The notes under the pieces were generated by a model. The model was not told the origin of the DNA and ran no database searches. It saw nothing but the letters and a program-made list of their open reading frames with translations. From an uncultured Pelagibacteraceae bacterium (GTDB lineage Bacteria; Pseudomonadota; Alphaproteobacteria; Pelagibacterales; Pelagibacteraceae): a DNA stretch of 64,000 bases. Positions 31,126 through 40,708 of this stretch are shown piece after piece; position 1 is the first letter of the stretch; the number at the start of each line of letters is the position of its first letter. A program made the translations under genes and the position numbers. Location of the stretch: NCBI GenBank assembly GCA_902558545.1, contig CACEEJ010000003.1, forward strand, positions 2,050 through 66,049. Direction: 5' to 3'.

Positions 31126-31142
31126 CGAATCAATTTGATTCG
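31126..31142. promoter_or_regulatory. Palindrome with two GANTC sites upstream of the polybasic ORF
   Basis: CGAATCAA-T-TTGATTCG; TTGACA at 31086-31091. Confidence 0.6.
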
Positions 31143-31166
31143 TTTAACTAAAAAAGGGAGCTAAAG

Positions 31167-31259
31167 ATGCCTAAGAAAAGAAGAAAAGCGGCAAAGAAAA
31201 CTAAGAAAAAAGCTAAGAAAAAAGCTAAGAAAAAAGCAAAAAAAAGAAGAAGAAAATAG
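31167..31259 (+). CDS. 30-aa Lys/Arg-rich protamine/histone H1-like peptide, not in the ORF track
   Basis: MPKKRRKAAKKTKKKAKKKAKKKAKKRRRK; SD GGGAG ending 6 nt before the ATG; followed by a terminator. Confidence 0.75.
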   Translation: MPKKRRKAAKKTKKKAKKKAKKKAKKRRRK

Positions 31260-31277
31260 TAACTTAGTATTCTTTAC

Positions 31278-31323
31278 AAAAAACGCTTCTCATTACAGTA
31301 GTGTGTGAGAGGCGTTTTTTTTT
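31278..31323. terminator. Bidirectional terminator between the polybasic ORF and carD
   Basis: AAAAAACGCTTCTCAT-loop-GTGAGAGGCGTTTTTTTTT with A-run and T-run flanks. Confidence 0.85.
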
Positions 31324-32227
31324 ACTCGTCAATTGGTTCGTCGTTATCAGAAATTGGCTCCTCTACAGGTAGTTCACTAGTTGGAGTTTTTGCAGCTGTT
31401 ACTGGTTGAGGCTGTCCACCTAAATTTCTTTTTAGTGCTTTATCCAATTTTTTTTGAGTATCCTCTAAAGAAACATTTAAAACAATCTGAAATTCAGACA
31501 AAATTCTTTCATAAGCCTTTTCAAATAGCTGTCTTTCACTATAAGACTGATCTACCATAAGATCATCACCTTTATTTAAATCTCTGACTACTTCAGCCAA
31601 TTCATATATTTTTCCAGAAGATATTTTCGCTTCATATTCTTGTGCTCTTCGACTCCACATTGATCTCTTAATTTTTGGTTTACTTTTTAATATTGAAATA
31701 CATCTGTTAACTTGATTAATAGTTGCTAACGGCCTTAAGTGAGATTGCTTGTTTACAGGGACCATTCCATTAGCTTTATCTTTTTCAAATTTAATAACAT
31801 ATGTTTCAACATCAATTCCACCAATATTAATTTTTTTGAACTCAGTAATTTGGCCTACGCCATGTTTTGGATAAACAACGTGATCTTTAATTTTGTATTC
31901 TCTTTTTTCGGTTTCTTGTTTTTTAACTTTTTTTATTTCAGGTTTAACTTCATTAGTTTTTGAAATTCTTAAATTATCTACTTTTGCTTCAGCTGTTGTT
32001 TCTGCAACTTTAACAGTTTTTTTTATTTTGTTTGCTTTAGGTAAAACTTTTTTAGCAATTTTTTTGGTTTTTTTTGAAATTGTTTTTTTAGCTTTTTTAG
32101 CTTTTTTAGCTTTTACAGTTTTTTTTGCTTTGACGACCTTCTTTTTAGAAACTTTTTTTTTCACTTTTTTGTCGGTTTTGCCTTTAAAGATTTTCTTTAA
32201 AATATTTTTCGTACTTATTTTGCTCAT
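31322..32227 (-). CDS. CarD/CdnL-family RNA polymerase-binding regulator with Lys-rich N-terminal extension
   Basis: [31 protein letters not shown]; ATG 32227 (start uncertain, overlaps fdxA 3' end). Confidence 0.9.
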   Translation of the reverse strand: MSKISTKNILKKIFKGKTDKKVKKKVSKKKVVKAKKTVKAKKAKKAKKTISKKTKKIAKKVLPKANKIKKTVKVAETTAEAKVDNLRISKTNEVKPEIKKVKKQETEKREYKIKDHVVYPKHGVGQITEFKKINIGGIDVETYVIKFEKDKANGMVPVNKQSHLRPLATINQVNRCISILKSKPKIKRSMWSRRAQEYEAKISSGKIYELAEVVRDLNKGDDLMVDQSYSERQLFEKAYERILSEFQIVLNVSLEDTQKKLDKALKRNLGGQPQPVTAAKTPTSELPVEEPISDNDEPIDE

Positions 32228-32510
32228 TTTTAAATTTCTCGTGATCCGCTGGTGGATCTTTTTTTTCACTTATGTTAGGCCAGATTTCTGAATATTTTTT
32301 ATTGATCTCTAACCATTTTTCACTTCCAGGTTCAGTGTCTGCTTTTATGGCATCGACAGGACATTCTGGCTCGCAAACGCCACAATCTATACACTCATCG
32401 GGTTTAATTACAAGCATATTTTTACCTTCGTAAAAGCAATCAACTGGGCAGACATCAACACAGTCTGTTAGTTTGCACTTAATACAATTGTCGTTAACGA
32501 TATATGTCAT
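32184..32510 (-). CDS. fdxA: 7Fe-type ferredoxin
   Basis: [36 protein letters not shown]; fdxA-carD synteny. Confidence 0.93.
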   Translation of the reverse strand: MTYIVNDNCIKCKLTDCVDVCPVDCFYEGKNMLVIKPDECIDCGVCEPECPVDAIKADTEPGSEKWLEINKKYSEIWPNISEKKDPPADHEKFKNEQNKYEKYFKENL

Positions 32511-32917
32511 TTTGAATTTTGTTTAATTTTTTCTTTAATATCGCCCATTGTTTTATTGTCAATATAAAGTAATCCCGCAAGTCGTCTCATTAAATTAGTT
32601 TCGTAAATATCAGCATCATTGTTTGAGTAAATTATAGACCATAAAGCCTCTACAATTTTAATTTTGTCTTGTTCAGATAAATTTTTTACTTCTCTAGTAA
32701 AATCTAAAATTTGATTTGAGTTTTCTTCAATTATTTTTGCATCTTCAATTGTTTTAGAAATATTTTCATCTTCTACACCAAGCTCTTTAAGTGTTTTTTT
32801 AATAATTACTTCCTCTTTATCAGTATAATTCTCATCTATTTTAGCTGCATGAATTAACAAAGCAGATACTTTTGTAAGAAAATTATTATTTTTTATTTCA
32901 TCTTTTTTAAAAAACAT
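32507..32917 (-). CDS. TerB family protein
   Basis: [28 protein letters not shown]. Confidence 0.75.
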   Translation of the reverse strand: MFFKKDEIKNNNFLTKVSALLIHAAKIDENYTDKEEVIIKKTLKELGVEDENISKTIEDAKIIEENSNQILDFTREVKNLSEQDKIKIVEALWSIIYSNNDADIYETNLMRRLAGLLYIDNKTMGDIKEKIKQNSK

Positions 32918-32918
32918 T

Positions 32919-35399
32919 TTAATTTAAATTTAAATTCTTTAATATTTTAAATGGATTTTCATTTGAGATCTTCTTTGTACCAATTTTTTTAAATTTCTTA
33001 GTAGGACTATATTTAAAAAATATTTCTTTTTCTTTTTCAAATATTTTATAATTCATTTTTTGAAGTAATTTTTTAAAGTTATCTTTACTGCATCCTAAAA
33101 GATTTAACATTTCTGGAACTAATTTTATTTCAGAATTTTCTTTTGAACTAGAATTTATTATTAATACAAATAATCTTTCCAAAATATCAATTCTTACAAA
33201 AAAATTATCAAATCTTTCAAATCCACACAAAAGCATAAAATCTTTATTTTTTATTTCTTTATCTTCTAAAAAATTCAAACCGAAGGTTGGTGGTTTTAAT
33301 TGATGATATTTTTGATAAAAATTTTTCCATAATAATGTTCGTAAAGATACTGCTTCTGGCTTAATTAATTGATAAAGGAAAACATGATATCTCCCAAACT
33401 TTACTCCCAAGTCTCTAAGAATTTTTCTTTCATTTTGTTCTAATTTTTTTAGGTATTCAGAAACTTTATCTCTTTTTAATACCCCATTATTTTCATAGAG
33501 TTGGTAAGCCAATGCTTTAATCGATGAATTATTTTCTTTTATATTTTTTAAATCAATTAAACTTTTAAGCACATCATTTATTTTTGTGTGTATCCATTTG
33601 TTAATGTAATCGTTTAATTTTTGTTTATTATTTTGTTCAATAATATCATCAACTATTAAATCAAAATTAGGATTTAAATAGTCATTACCTGTTGTTAATT
33701 TGGCAATTGGAAAATCATTCCAATAAATTTTAAAGTCTTCATTCAAATTTATTAATCCTGTATCGATTATTGATTGAACACGTTTTTCTAATTCTGGACC
33801 AATTGTTTGTCTTGCAGCTTTTTTTAAAGATTTAATATCTGTTTCTAAAGCACCTTTTTTTAAATCTAGTTCTAATTTTAGTCCTTTTATCTTTCCGATG
33901 AATTGATCGTCAATTTTAACATCATTGTTTTGTAAAATTTCAGTTTTAAATTCCATATCTTGTTTTAAACCTCTAGCGAGCACGCTTGCTCTTTTGTCAA
34001 TAAAAGTTTTAGTAAGTTCTTCATGTAATCTATCTGAAAGTCTATCTTCTAAGTGTTTAGTTTTTTCAATCCAATAACTTTGATTTTCTACCCAATTATT
34101 TTTATTCGAAACATATGACCAAGTTCTGACATTTGCAATTCTATTTGATAAAGAATCTACATTTCCATATAATTTATCTAGTTTCATGAGCTGTAATCTC
34201 ATATAATCTTCAGAAATTAGTCCTTTTTTGCTAGTTAAAAATTTAAATACATTTCCAATAACTTCAAAATGATTTCCATAAGTTTTTTTAACAAAATCAG
34301 GTATTTGGCAACATTCCCACAAGAGCATTAAAGTATTCTTATCAAATTCTCTATTTAAAATTTTTTGATCTTTTAAAAAATATTTAAGTGCTTTTTCATC
34401 CTCACATTCATGAATTTTTCTTAGCCATTCTACCTGAGGTTTTTCTTCTAAACTTTTAATTAAACTAATTGGGTTATTGAAATTAAGATTTGAATTTCTC
34501 CAAAACAAAGTTCTTATTTCCTCAAATTTATGATTTTCTAATAATTCTACCTCTTCTGGAGATATTTCTTTACAATCACCAGTAATACCGAAACTTCCAT
34601 CGTTAAGGTACCTGCCAGCTCTACCGGCTATTTGACCTATTTCAGATAAATTTAATCTTCTTAATTTTTTTCCATCAAATTTCTTAACATTTGAAAAATA
34701 AACAAAATCTAAATCCATGTTTATTCCCATCCCAATTGCATCTGTTGCAACTAGGAAATCAACATCCCCAGATTGATACAATTCAACTTGAGCATTTCTT
34801 GTTTTTGGACTTAGTGATCCCATTACAATAGCGGCACCACCCTTTTGTCTTCTTATTAACTCAGCAATGGCGTAAACCTCCTCTGCTGAAAATGCAATGA
34901 TTGCTGTTTTTCTGTCAATTCTTGATATTTTTTTATGACCAGCGTAAGTAAGTTTAGATAGTCTTTCTCTATTTATAAATTCAATATCTCCATCTAATTT
35001 TGAAATAATATTTTTAATGGTACTTGAGCCCATTAGCATTGTAAGTTTTTCCCCCCTCATATTTAAAAGTCTATCAGTAAAAATATGACCTCTTTCATGA
35101 TCAGAGCACATTTGAATCTCGTCTACACCAACAAACTCAAGATGTTTGTCAATTGGCATAGACTCCACTGTGCATAAAAAATATTTTGCATTAGATGGTA
35201 TTATTTTTTCTTCTCCAGTTATAAGTGCAACTTTATCTAAACTTATTTTCTTGATTACTTTGTCATATACTTCTCTTGCTAATAATCTAAGTGGAAATCC
35301 AATCATTCCACTCTCAAAAGAAAGCATGGTTTCTATAGCAAGATGGGTTTTGCCTGTATTGGTAGGGCCAAGAACAGCTGTGATTTTATTTTTAGACAT
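32919..35399 (-). CDS. Suv3/MgpS-like ATP-dependent helicase
   Basis: LGPTNTGKT, PLRLLARE, DEIQ, ATDAIGMGIN, QIAGRAGR. Confidence 0.9.
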   Translation of the reverse strand: MSKNKITAVLGPTNTGKTHLAIETMLSFESGMIGFPLRLLAREVYDKVIKKISLDKVALITGEEKIIPSNAKYFLCTVESMPIDKHLEFVGVDEIQMCSDHERGHIFTDRLLNMRGEKLTMLMGSSTIKNIISKLDGDIEFINRERLSKLTYAGHKKISRIDRKTAIIAFSAEEVYAIAELIRRQKGGAAIVMGSLSPKTRNAQVELYQSGDVDFLVATDAIGMGINMDLDFVYFSNVKKFDGKKLRRLNLSEIGQIAGRAGRYLNDGSFGITGDCKEISPEEVELLENHKFEEIRTLFWRNSNLNFNNPISLIKSLEEKPQVEWLRKIHECEDEKALKYFLKDQKILNREFDKNTLMLLWECCQIPDFVKKTYGNHFEVIGNVFKFLTSKKGLISEDYMRLQLMKLDKLYGNVDSLSNRIANVRTWSYVSNKNNWVENQSYWIEKTKHLEDRLSDRLHEELTKTFIDKRASVLARGLKQDMEFKTEILQNNDVKIDDQFIGKIKGLKLELDLKKGALETDIKSLKKAARQTIGPELEKRVQSIIDTGLINLNEDFKIYWNDFPIAKLTTGNDYLNPNFDLIVDDIIEQNNKQKLNDYINKWIHTKINDVLKSLIDLKNIKENNSSIKALAYQLYENNGVLKRDKVSEYLKKLEQNERKILRDLGVKFGRYHVFLYQLIKPEAVSLRTLLWKNFYQKYHQLKPPTFGLNFLEDKEIKNKDFMLLCGFERFDNFFVRIDILERLFVLIINSSSKENSEIKLVPEMLNLLGCSKDNFKKLLQKMNYKIFEKEKEIFFKYSPTKKFKKIGTKKISNENPFKILKNLNLN

Positions 35400-35567
35400 T
35401 TCTATCTTTTGTGTTTCTTTTTTTTTACCTACCAGATATTGTTACTGCTAAAGAACAAAAATAGACTAAAACATGACCGAATCGTAAGGTAAAAAGTTCT
35501 CATTTTCTTTTTAAACTTAGTGAGATTATCATAAATAAGTTTAATCCTATAATAATAAAATAATTTA

Positions 35568-36794
35568 ATGTTAAAAAATTTAGTTAAAAATTTAAAGCCA
35601 TCATCTACACTTTTAATCAACGAGTCTTCAAAAAAATTAGAAGATCAAGGTAAGAAAATTTATAAATTTGGTTTTGGACAATCACCATTTAAAATACCTG
35701 ATGATGTTGTTGAAGAATTAAAAAATAATGCTTATCAAAATAAGTATTTACCTATGCAGGGTCTTGAGGAATTAAGAGAATCTGTAGCAAAATACTCATC
35801 TAAAAAGAAAAATTATAATTATAAGGCGCACAATGTAATAATTGGACCAGGGTCTAAAGAATTAATGTTTTTATTACATGTGATATTTGATGGTGAAATT
35901 ATATTGCCAGTACCTAGTTGGGTTTCATATGCACCACAAGCTATTTTAGGTAGAAATAAAATTCAAACTCTTCAAACAGTAAGAGAGAACAACTGGTTTC
36001 CTACTGGAGAGCAAATCGAGAAAATCATTTCAAAAGATAAAAATAAAAATTATTTATTATTTTTAAATTCACCGAATAATCCCTCTGGGCAGGTTTGTGA
36101 CAAACTAGAAGAAATTTCAGAAATTGCCAAAAAGCATAATCTTGTAATTTTATCAGATGAAATATATTCAGAATTAACATTTTCAAAAAATTTCAAATCT
36201 ATCTCAAGCTATTGTCCTGAAAAAACTATTATTAGTACAGGAATTAGTAAATGGTGTGGTGCAGGGGGATGGAGACTTGGTTATTTTATAATTCCAGATG
36301 AACTGAATAATATAAAAAATATGATCAATGTATTAGCTAGTGAAACTTTTTCTGCCGTGAGCGCACCTATTCAGTATGCAGCTATTAAAGCTTACGAAAA
36401 TGATCATTCAAATTATATTACAAAATCAATAAATATTTTAAATGCAGTTGGTAAACATGTTTTTTTAAATTTAAAATCAAATAAGGTATTGATTAATGAG
36501 CCTCAGGGGGGGTTTTATTTGATGCCAGAATTTTTAAACAATAAATTTAAAACTTCATCAGAAATGTGTAGCGATATATTAAATAGTACTGGAGTTGCTT
36601 TATTACCAGGTTCTGATTTTGGGTTTAATCCAGATAAAATGTTAGCAAGGTTAAGTTTTACAGATTTTGATGGACAAGAGTTTATGAACAATATTGATGA
36701 AACAAAAAAAATTGATGAAAATTTAATTAATAAGTTTGCACCAAAAGTAGTAGAAGGTGTTAATAAACTAAAAAATTGGTCAGAAAACTTATAA
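35568..36794 (+). CDS. Class I/II PLP-dependent aminotransferase
   Basis: GFGQSP, GPGSKE, NSPNNPSG, SDEIY, SKW-GAGGWRLG. Confidence 0.9.
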   Translation: MLKNLVKNLKPSSTLLINESSKKLEDQGKKIYKFGFGQSPFKIPDDVVEELKNNAYQNKYLPMQGLEELRESVAKYSSKKKNYNYKAHNVIIGPGSKELMFLLHVIFDGEIILPVPSWVSYAPQAILGRNKIQTLQTVRENNWFPTGEQIEKIISKDKNKNYLLFLNSPNNPSGQVCDKLEEISEIAKKHNLVILSDEIYSELTFSKNFKSISSYCPEKTIISTGISKWCGAGGWRLGYFIIPDELNNIKNMINVLASETFSAVSAPIQYAAIKAYENDHSNYITKSINILNAVGKHVFLNLKSNKVLINEPQGGFYLMPEFLNNKFKTSSEMCSDILNSTGVALLPGSDFGFNPDKMLARLSFTDFDGQEFMNNIDETKKIDENLINKFAPKVVEGVNKLKNWSENL

Positions 36795-36875
36795 AATCAC
36801 TCTGTACACCTACGATTATTTTTTGTTAGAATAAACTTATAAAAATAACGACATATAAATATAGAGGGGTAAACA

Positions 36876-37880
36876 ATGAAAAAAATAATCACATCTCTAT
36901 CAAGTGCTTTACTGATTTTATTCGCATCATTGTCTTTGACTACTGTTGCTAAATCAGCAGAGTTCTTTACGATAGGAACCGGCGGACCTACAGGAGTATA
37001 TTTCCAAACAGGGAACGCTATATGTAAAATGCTTCATAAATCAGCAATAAGCGCTGAACATGGTAGAAAAAAAGGTACAGCTAAAGCTTATAGATGTACT
37101 GCTCCATCCACTGGTGGATCTAACTACAACATTGGTCAGATAGCAGCTGGAGAATTCCAATTTGGTGTAGCACAATCAGACTGGCAGTATCATGCTGTAA
37201 ATGGTTCAAGTAAATGGGAAGGTAAACAATTTAGTGATTTAAGAGCAGTTTTCTCAGTTCACAATGAGCCTTTTCAAATTTGGGCTAGAAAAAAAGCAAG
37301 AATTAAAGATTTTGCAGATTTAGAGGGTAAGGTTGTTAACATTGGTAATCCTGGTTCAGGTCAAAGAGGAACTATGGAAGAATTAATGAAAGCAATGGGT
37401 GTTGATAATAGTTTCTTTAAATCAACAACTGAACTTACTTCTTCTGAACAAGTTAAAGCGCTATGTGACGGAAAAATAGATGCATTTGGTTATTCTGTTG
37501 GATTTCCAAATGGTGCTATGGAACAAGCAGCAACTTGTGCAGCTAAAGCATCTCCAATTAATTTAACAGGTTCTGAAGTTCAAGGTTTAATTGATGGTGC
37601 AGATTATTATGCACAGGCAGTAATACCTAAAGGAACTTATACAGGTCAGAAAAAAGATGCCACAACTTTTGGTGTAAAAGCTACTGTTGTTACCTCTGCA
37701 GACGTTTCTGAAGAGCTTGTTTATTTAGTTACAAAAGCTGTGATGGAAAATTTTGATGATTTCAAAAAACAACATCCAGCATTTGGATTCTTGGAAAAGA
37801 AAAACATGATTAAAGATGGTTTATCTGCTCCATTACATCCAGGAGCAATAAAATACTATAAAGAAGCTGGATTAATGTAA
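36876..37880 (+). CDS. TAXI-family TRAP solute-binding protein
   Basis: Signal peptide, TIGTGGPTGVYF, STGGS, QSD, GNPGSGQR, APLHPGA. Confidence 0.93.
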   Translation: MKKIITSLSSALLILFASLSLTTVAKSAEFFTIGTGGPTGVYFQTGNAICKMLHKSAISAEHGRKKGTAKAYRCTAPSTGGSNYNIGQIAAGEFQFGVAQSDWQYHAVNGSSKWEGKQFSDLRAVFSVHNEPFQIWARKKARIKDFADLEGKVVNIGNPGSGQRGTMEELMKAMGVDNSFFKSTTELTSSEQVKALCDGKIDAFGYSVGFPNGAMEQAATCAAKASPINLTGSEVQGLIDGADYYAQAVIPKGTYTGQKKDATTFGVKATVVTSADVSEELVYLVTKAVMENFDDFKKQHPAFGFLEKKNMIKDGLSAPLHPGAIKYYKEAGLM

Positions 37881-37897
37881 TCCAATTTTTATTAATT

Positions 37898-37933
37898 AAA
37901 AAGGCCTGGTAATTTTTACCGGGCCTTTTTTTT
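37898..37933 (+). terminator. Intrinsic terminator between TAXI receptor and permease
   Basis: AAAAAGGCCTGGTAA-TTT-TTACCGGGCCTTTTTTTT. Confidence 0.85.
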
Positions 37934-37951
37934 ATGGTATGAATAATTTTA

Positions 37952-40273
37952 ATGAGCGACTCAATCAGCAGTAAAATTAAAAATAAAATAAGCGAAGACT
38001 TATCACCAACTAGAAATATTACTGGTTTTCATTTAAAAATTGTTTCAGCAATAGCAATTATTTGGTCATTATTTCAACTTTGGTACGCTTCACCATTTCC
38101 ATTTATGCTAAATTTTGGAATGTTTAAGGGATTACCAGCAAGAGCAATTCATTTAGGTTTTGCTTTAACTTTAGCCTTTTTAATTTACCCAATCTCAAAG
38201 GGTAAGAAAATTTCGTTTTTTGATGTTTTGATCAGTTTTATGGGAGCGATATCGTGTCTTTATATTTATTTTTTTTATGATCAGTTGGTTGAGAGAGGGG
38301 GTGTTCTTTTAAATCTGAAGATATCAGAAACATTAAGTTTTCCATTAGAATTAATTTTAGGAGGATGTGGAATTTTAATTCTTTTAGAGGCCACTAGAAG
38401 AGCAATTGGTTTACCTTTGGTAATTATAGCCAGTTGTTTTCTATTGTTTTCATACTTTGGAAGGTATGCACCTGAAATAATATCGCATGGTGGTTTATCT
38501 TTAAATAGACTAGTAGGCTTCCAGTGGCTTGATCAAGAAGCAATTTTTGGAATTCCGATTGGGGTATCAGTAGATTTTATTTTCCTATTTGTTTTATTTG
38601 GTGCTTTGCTTGAAACTGCGGGTGGTGGAAAATATTTTTTAGATCTTGCTTTTGCAATGGTTGGAAAAATGAGAGGAGGACCTGCAAAGGCAGCAATATT
38701 AGGTTCAGGTATGACTGGATTAATTTCTGGATCTTCAATTGCAAACACAGTTACTACTGGAACATTTACAATTCCAATTATGAAAAAAACTGGTTTTTCA
38801 AAAGAAAAAGCTGGTGCTATCGAGGTTTCCTCATCAGTCAATGGTCAGATCATGCCACCTGTCATGGGCGCGGCAGCATTCGTAATGGCAAGTTTTATTG
38901 GTGTAACTTACTTTGAAATTGTTAAACATGCTTTCTTACCAGCAATTATTTCTTATATAGCATTATTTTATATTTCACATTTAGAAGCTTTAAAATTAAA
39001 TCTTAAAGGAATGGATGATGCAGATGTTCCTCATTTAAAAAAAACTTTTTTATCTGGGATACATTTTTTAATACCAATTTTTGTTTTAATTTATACTTTA
39101 GTTTATTTAAGATTTACTGCCTCTTATTCAATTTTTTATGCAACCATTACTTTGGTTTTAGTCAATTTAATAAATTTGTTAATTAAAAATGAAATTAAAA
39201 AAGATGCTCTTAAAGAATGGTTTAATCAAACAATAGTTGGTTTTGAAAAGGGTGCTTTAAATATGGTTGCTGTTGGTATAGCGATTGCAACTGCAGGAAT
39301 TATTGTTGGTGCAGTTGGATCTACAGGCTTAAGTACTAATTTAATAATAGTTATAGAATCTATAGCTAAAGATAACGTTACTATATTATTATTTTTGACA
39401 ATTATTTTGTGCTTACTTTTAGGAATGGGTTTGCCAACAACGGCAAATTATGTTGTTGTTGCTTCTTTAATGGCGACTGTGTTAGTGGATGTTGGTAATG
39501 CCTCAGGTTTTATTTTTCCGTTAATTGCAGTTCATTTATTTGTCTTCTATTTTGGCTTAATGGCTGATGTAACGCCACCAGTGGGACTTGCCTCTTATGC
39601 AGCTGCAGGAATATCTGGTGGAGATCCCTTAAGAACAGGGGTGCAAGCTTTTTGGTATAGTTTAAGAACAGGAATTTTGCCGATTGTATTCTTATTTAAC
39701 CATGAACTTTTACTTATTGGTATTGAAAATATTTGGCATGGATTGATTGTAATTATAACTTCTTTAATTGGGATTTTAGTATTTACCTCAGCCACTCAAG
39801 GATGGTTTATTAATAAACTTAAATGGTATGAAATAATTATTTTTTTAGTAATTTCTATTTCCTTGTTATCACCCGACTTTGTTTTAAACAAATTTTATCC
39901 AAAATATAATTATGAGGAAACTACTAAAATTAATTCAATGAAATTAGACTCAACAAAAGAAATTCAAATTAAAATAACAAGACCTAGTTTATACGGAGAA
40001 AGATATAAGTTATTTGTGATATCAAAAAATACTTTTGAGGATAAATTTACTTTAGAGGAATATGGAATTACATTAATTAAACAAGATGACAAAATTATTG
40101 TTGATAATTTGAAATGGAATGGAGAAGCAAAAAAAAGTGGTTTTGAAATTGGAGACTATATAAGTGAATTTAAAATTGAAAATTCAGATAGACCATCCAA
40201 AAATATCGTTTATCCTATAGCGATATTATTGTTAGTAGTATTTGGCTACTTTAACTTAAGAAGAAAAGAGTAA
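37952..40273 (+). CDS. TRAP fused 4TM/12TM permease
   Basis: GGPAK, SGSSIAN, GQIMPPVMGAAAF, GMGLPTTANY, TPPVGLA. Confidence 0.93.
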   Translation: MSDSISSKIKNKISEDLSPTRNITGFHLKIVSAIAIIWSLFQLWYASPFPFMLNFGMFKGLPARAIHLGFALTLAFLIYPISKGKKISFFDVLISFMGAISCLYIYFFYDQLVERGGVLLNLKISETLSFPLELILGGCGILILLEATRRAIGLPLVIIASCFLLFSYFGRYAPEIISHGGLSLNRLVGFQWLDQEAIFGIPIGVSVDFIFLFVLFGALLETAGGGKYFLDLAFAMVGKMRGGPAKAAILGSGMTGLISGSSIANTVTTGTFTIPIMKKTGFSKEKAGAIEVSSSVNGQIMPPVMGAAAFVMASFIGVTYFEIVKHAFLPAIISYIALFYISHLEALKLNLKGMDDADVPHLKKTFLSGIHFLIPIFVLIYTLVYLRFTASYSIFYATITLVLVNLINLLIKNEIKKDALKEWFNQTIVGFEKGALNMVAVGIAIATAGIIVGAVGSTGLSTNLIIVIESIAKDNVTILLFLTIILCLLLGMGLPTTANYVVVASLMATVLVDVGNASGFIFPLIAVHLFVFYFGLMADVTPPVGLASYAAAGISGGDPLRTGVQAFWYSLRTGILPIVFLFNHELLLIGIENIWHGLIVIITSLIGILVFTSATQGWFINKLKWYEIIIFLVISISLLSPDFVLNKFYPKYNYEETTKINSMKLDSTKEIQIKITRPSLYGERYKLFVISKNTFEDKFTLEEYGITLIKQDDKIIVDNLKWNGEAKKSGFEIGDYISEFKIENSDRPSKNIVYPIAILLLVVFGYFNLRRKE

Positions 40274-40276
40274 AAA

Positions 40277-40702
40277 TTACCCACCTGGACCTAAATTAGA
40301 AGGCTTTATTTTAATAATTTTCCATACTCCAGATGCAGAGGTAATTATTTTATCATTACATTTTAGCTCACAAAATAAAAATACAAGAGTATTTGTTTTT
40401 TTTAAAATTTTTGTATGTCCAATAATTTCATCCCCTACTTTTGAAGCGCCTATAAATTTTATATCTAAAGAGATAGTTACACATGGTGCATTTCCTGCAG
40501 CTCTATGCGCGGCTGTTCCTGCTCCTGCATCTATTAAAGCAGATAAATAACCCCCATGAGTTATTCCAGCAGCATTTAAATGATTTTCATTAATTATAGA
40601 TTTAAATTCATATTCATTTTCTGAAATAGCTCTAAATAAAACACCACCATTGTGTTTCATAAATCCAGGTTTAATACTTATTTGCTCAAATTTATTGCTC
40701 AT
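40277..40702 (-). CDS. PaaI family thioesterase
   Basis: HLNAAGITHGG-LID hot-dog motif. Confidence 0.88.
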   Translation of the reverse strand: MSNKFEQISIKPGFMKHNGGVLFRAISENEYEFKSIINENHLNAAGITHGGYLSALIDAGAGTAAHRAAGNAPCVTISLDIKFIGASKVGDEIIGHTKILKKTNTLVFLFCELKCNDKIITSASGVWKIIKIKPSNLGPGG

Positions 40703-40708
40703 AGTTTT

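Noticed and set aside
31893-32291. Phe/Leu-rich 132-aa + strand ORF
   Set aside because: Antisense shadow of the Lys-rich CarD N-terminus
32507-35399. TerB plus helicase as an anti-phage system
   Set aside because: The helicase is the conserved Suv3/MgpS type in the usual helicase-fdxA-carD context; no other defence genes nearby
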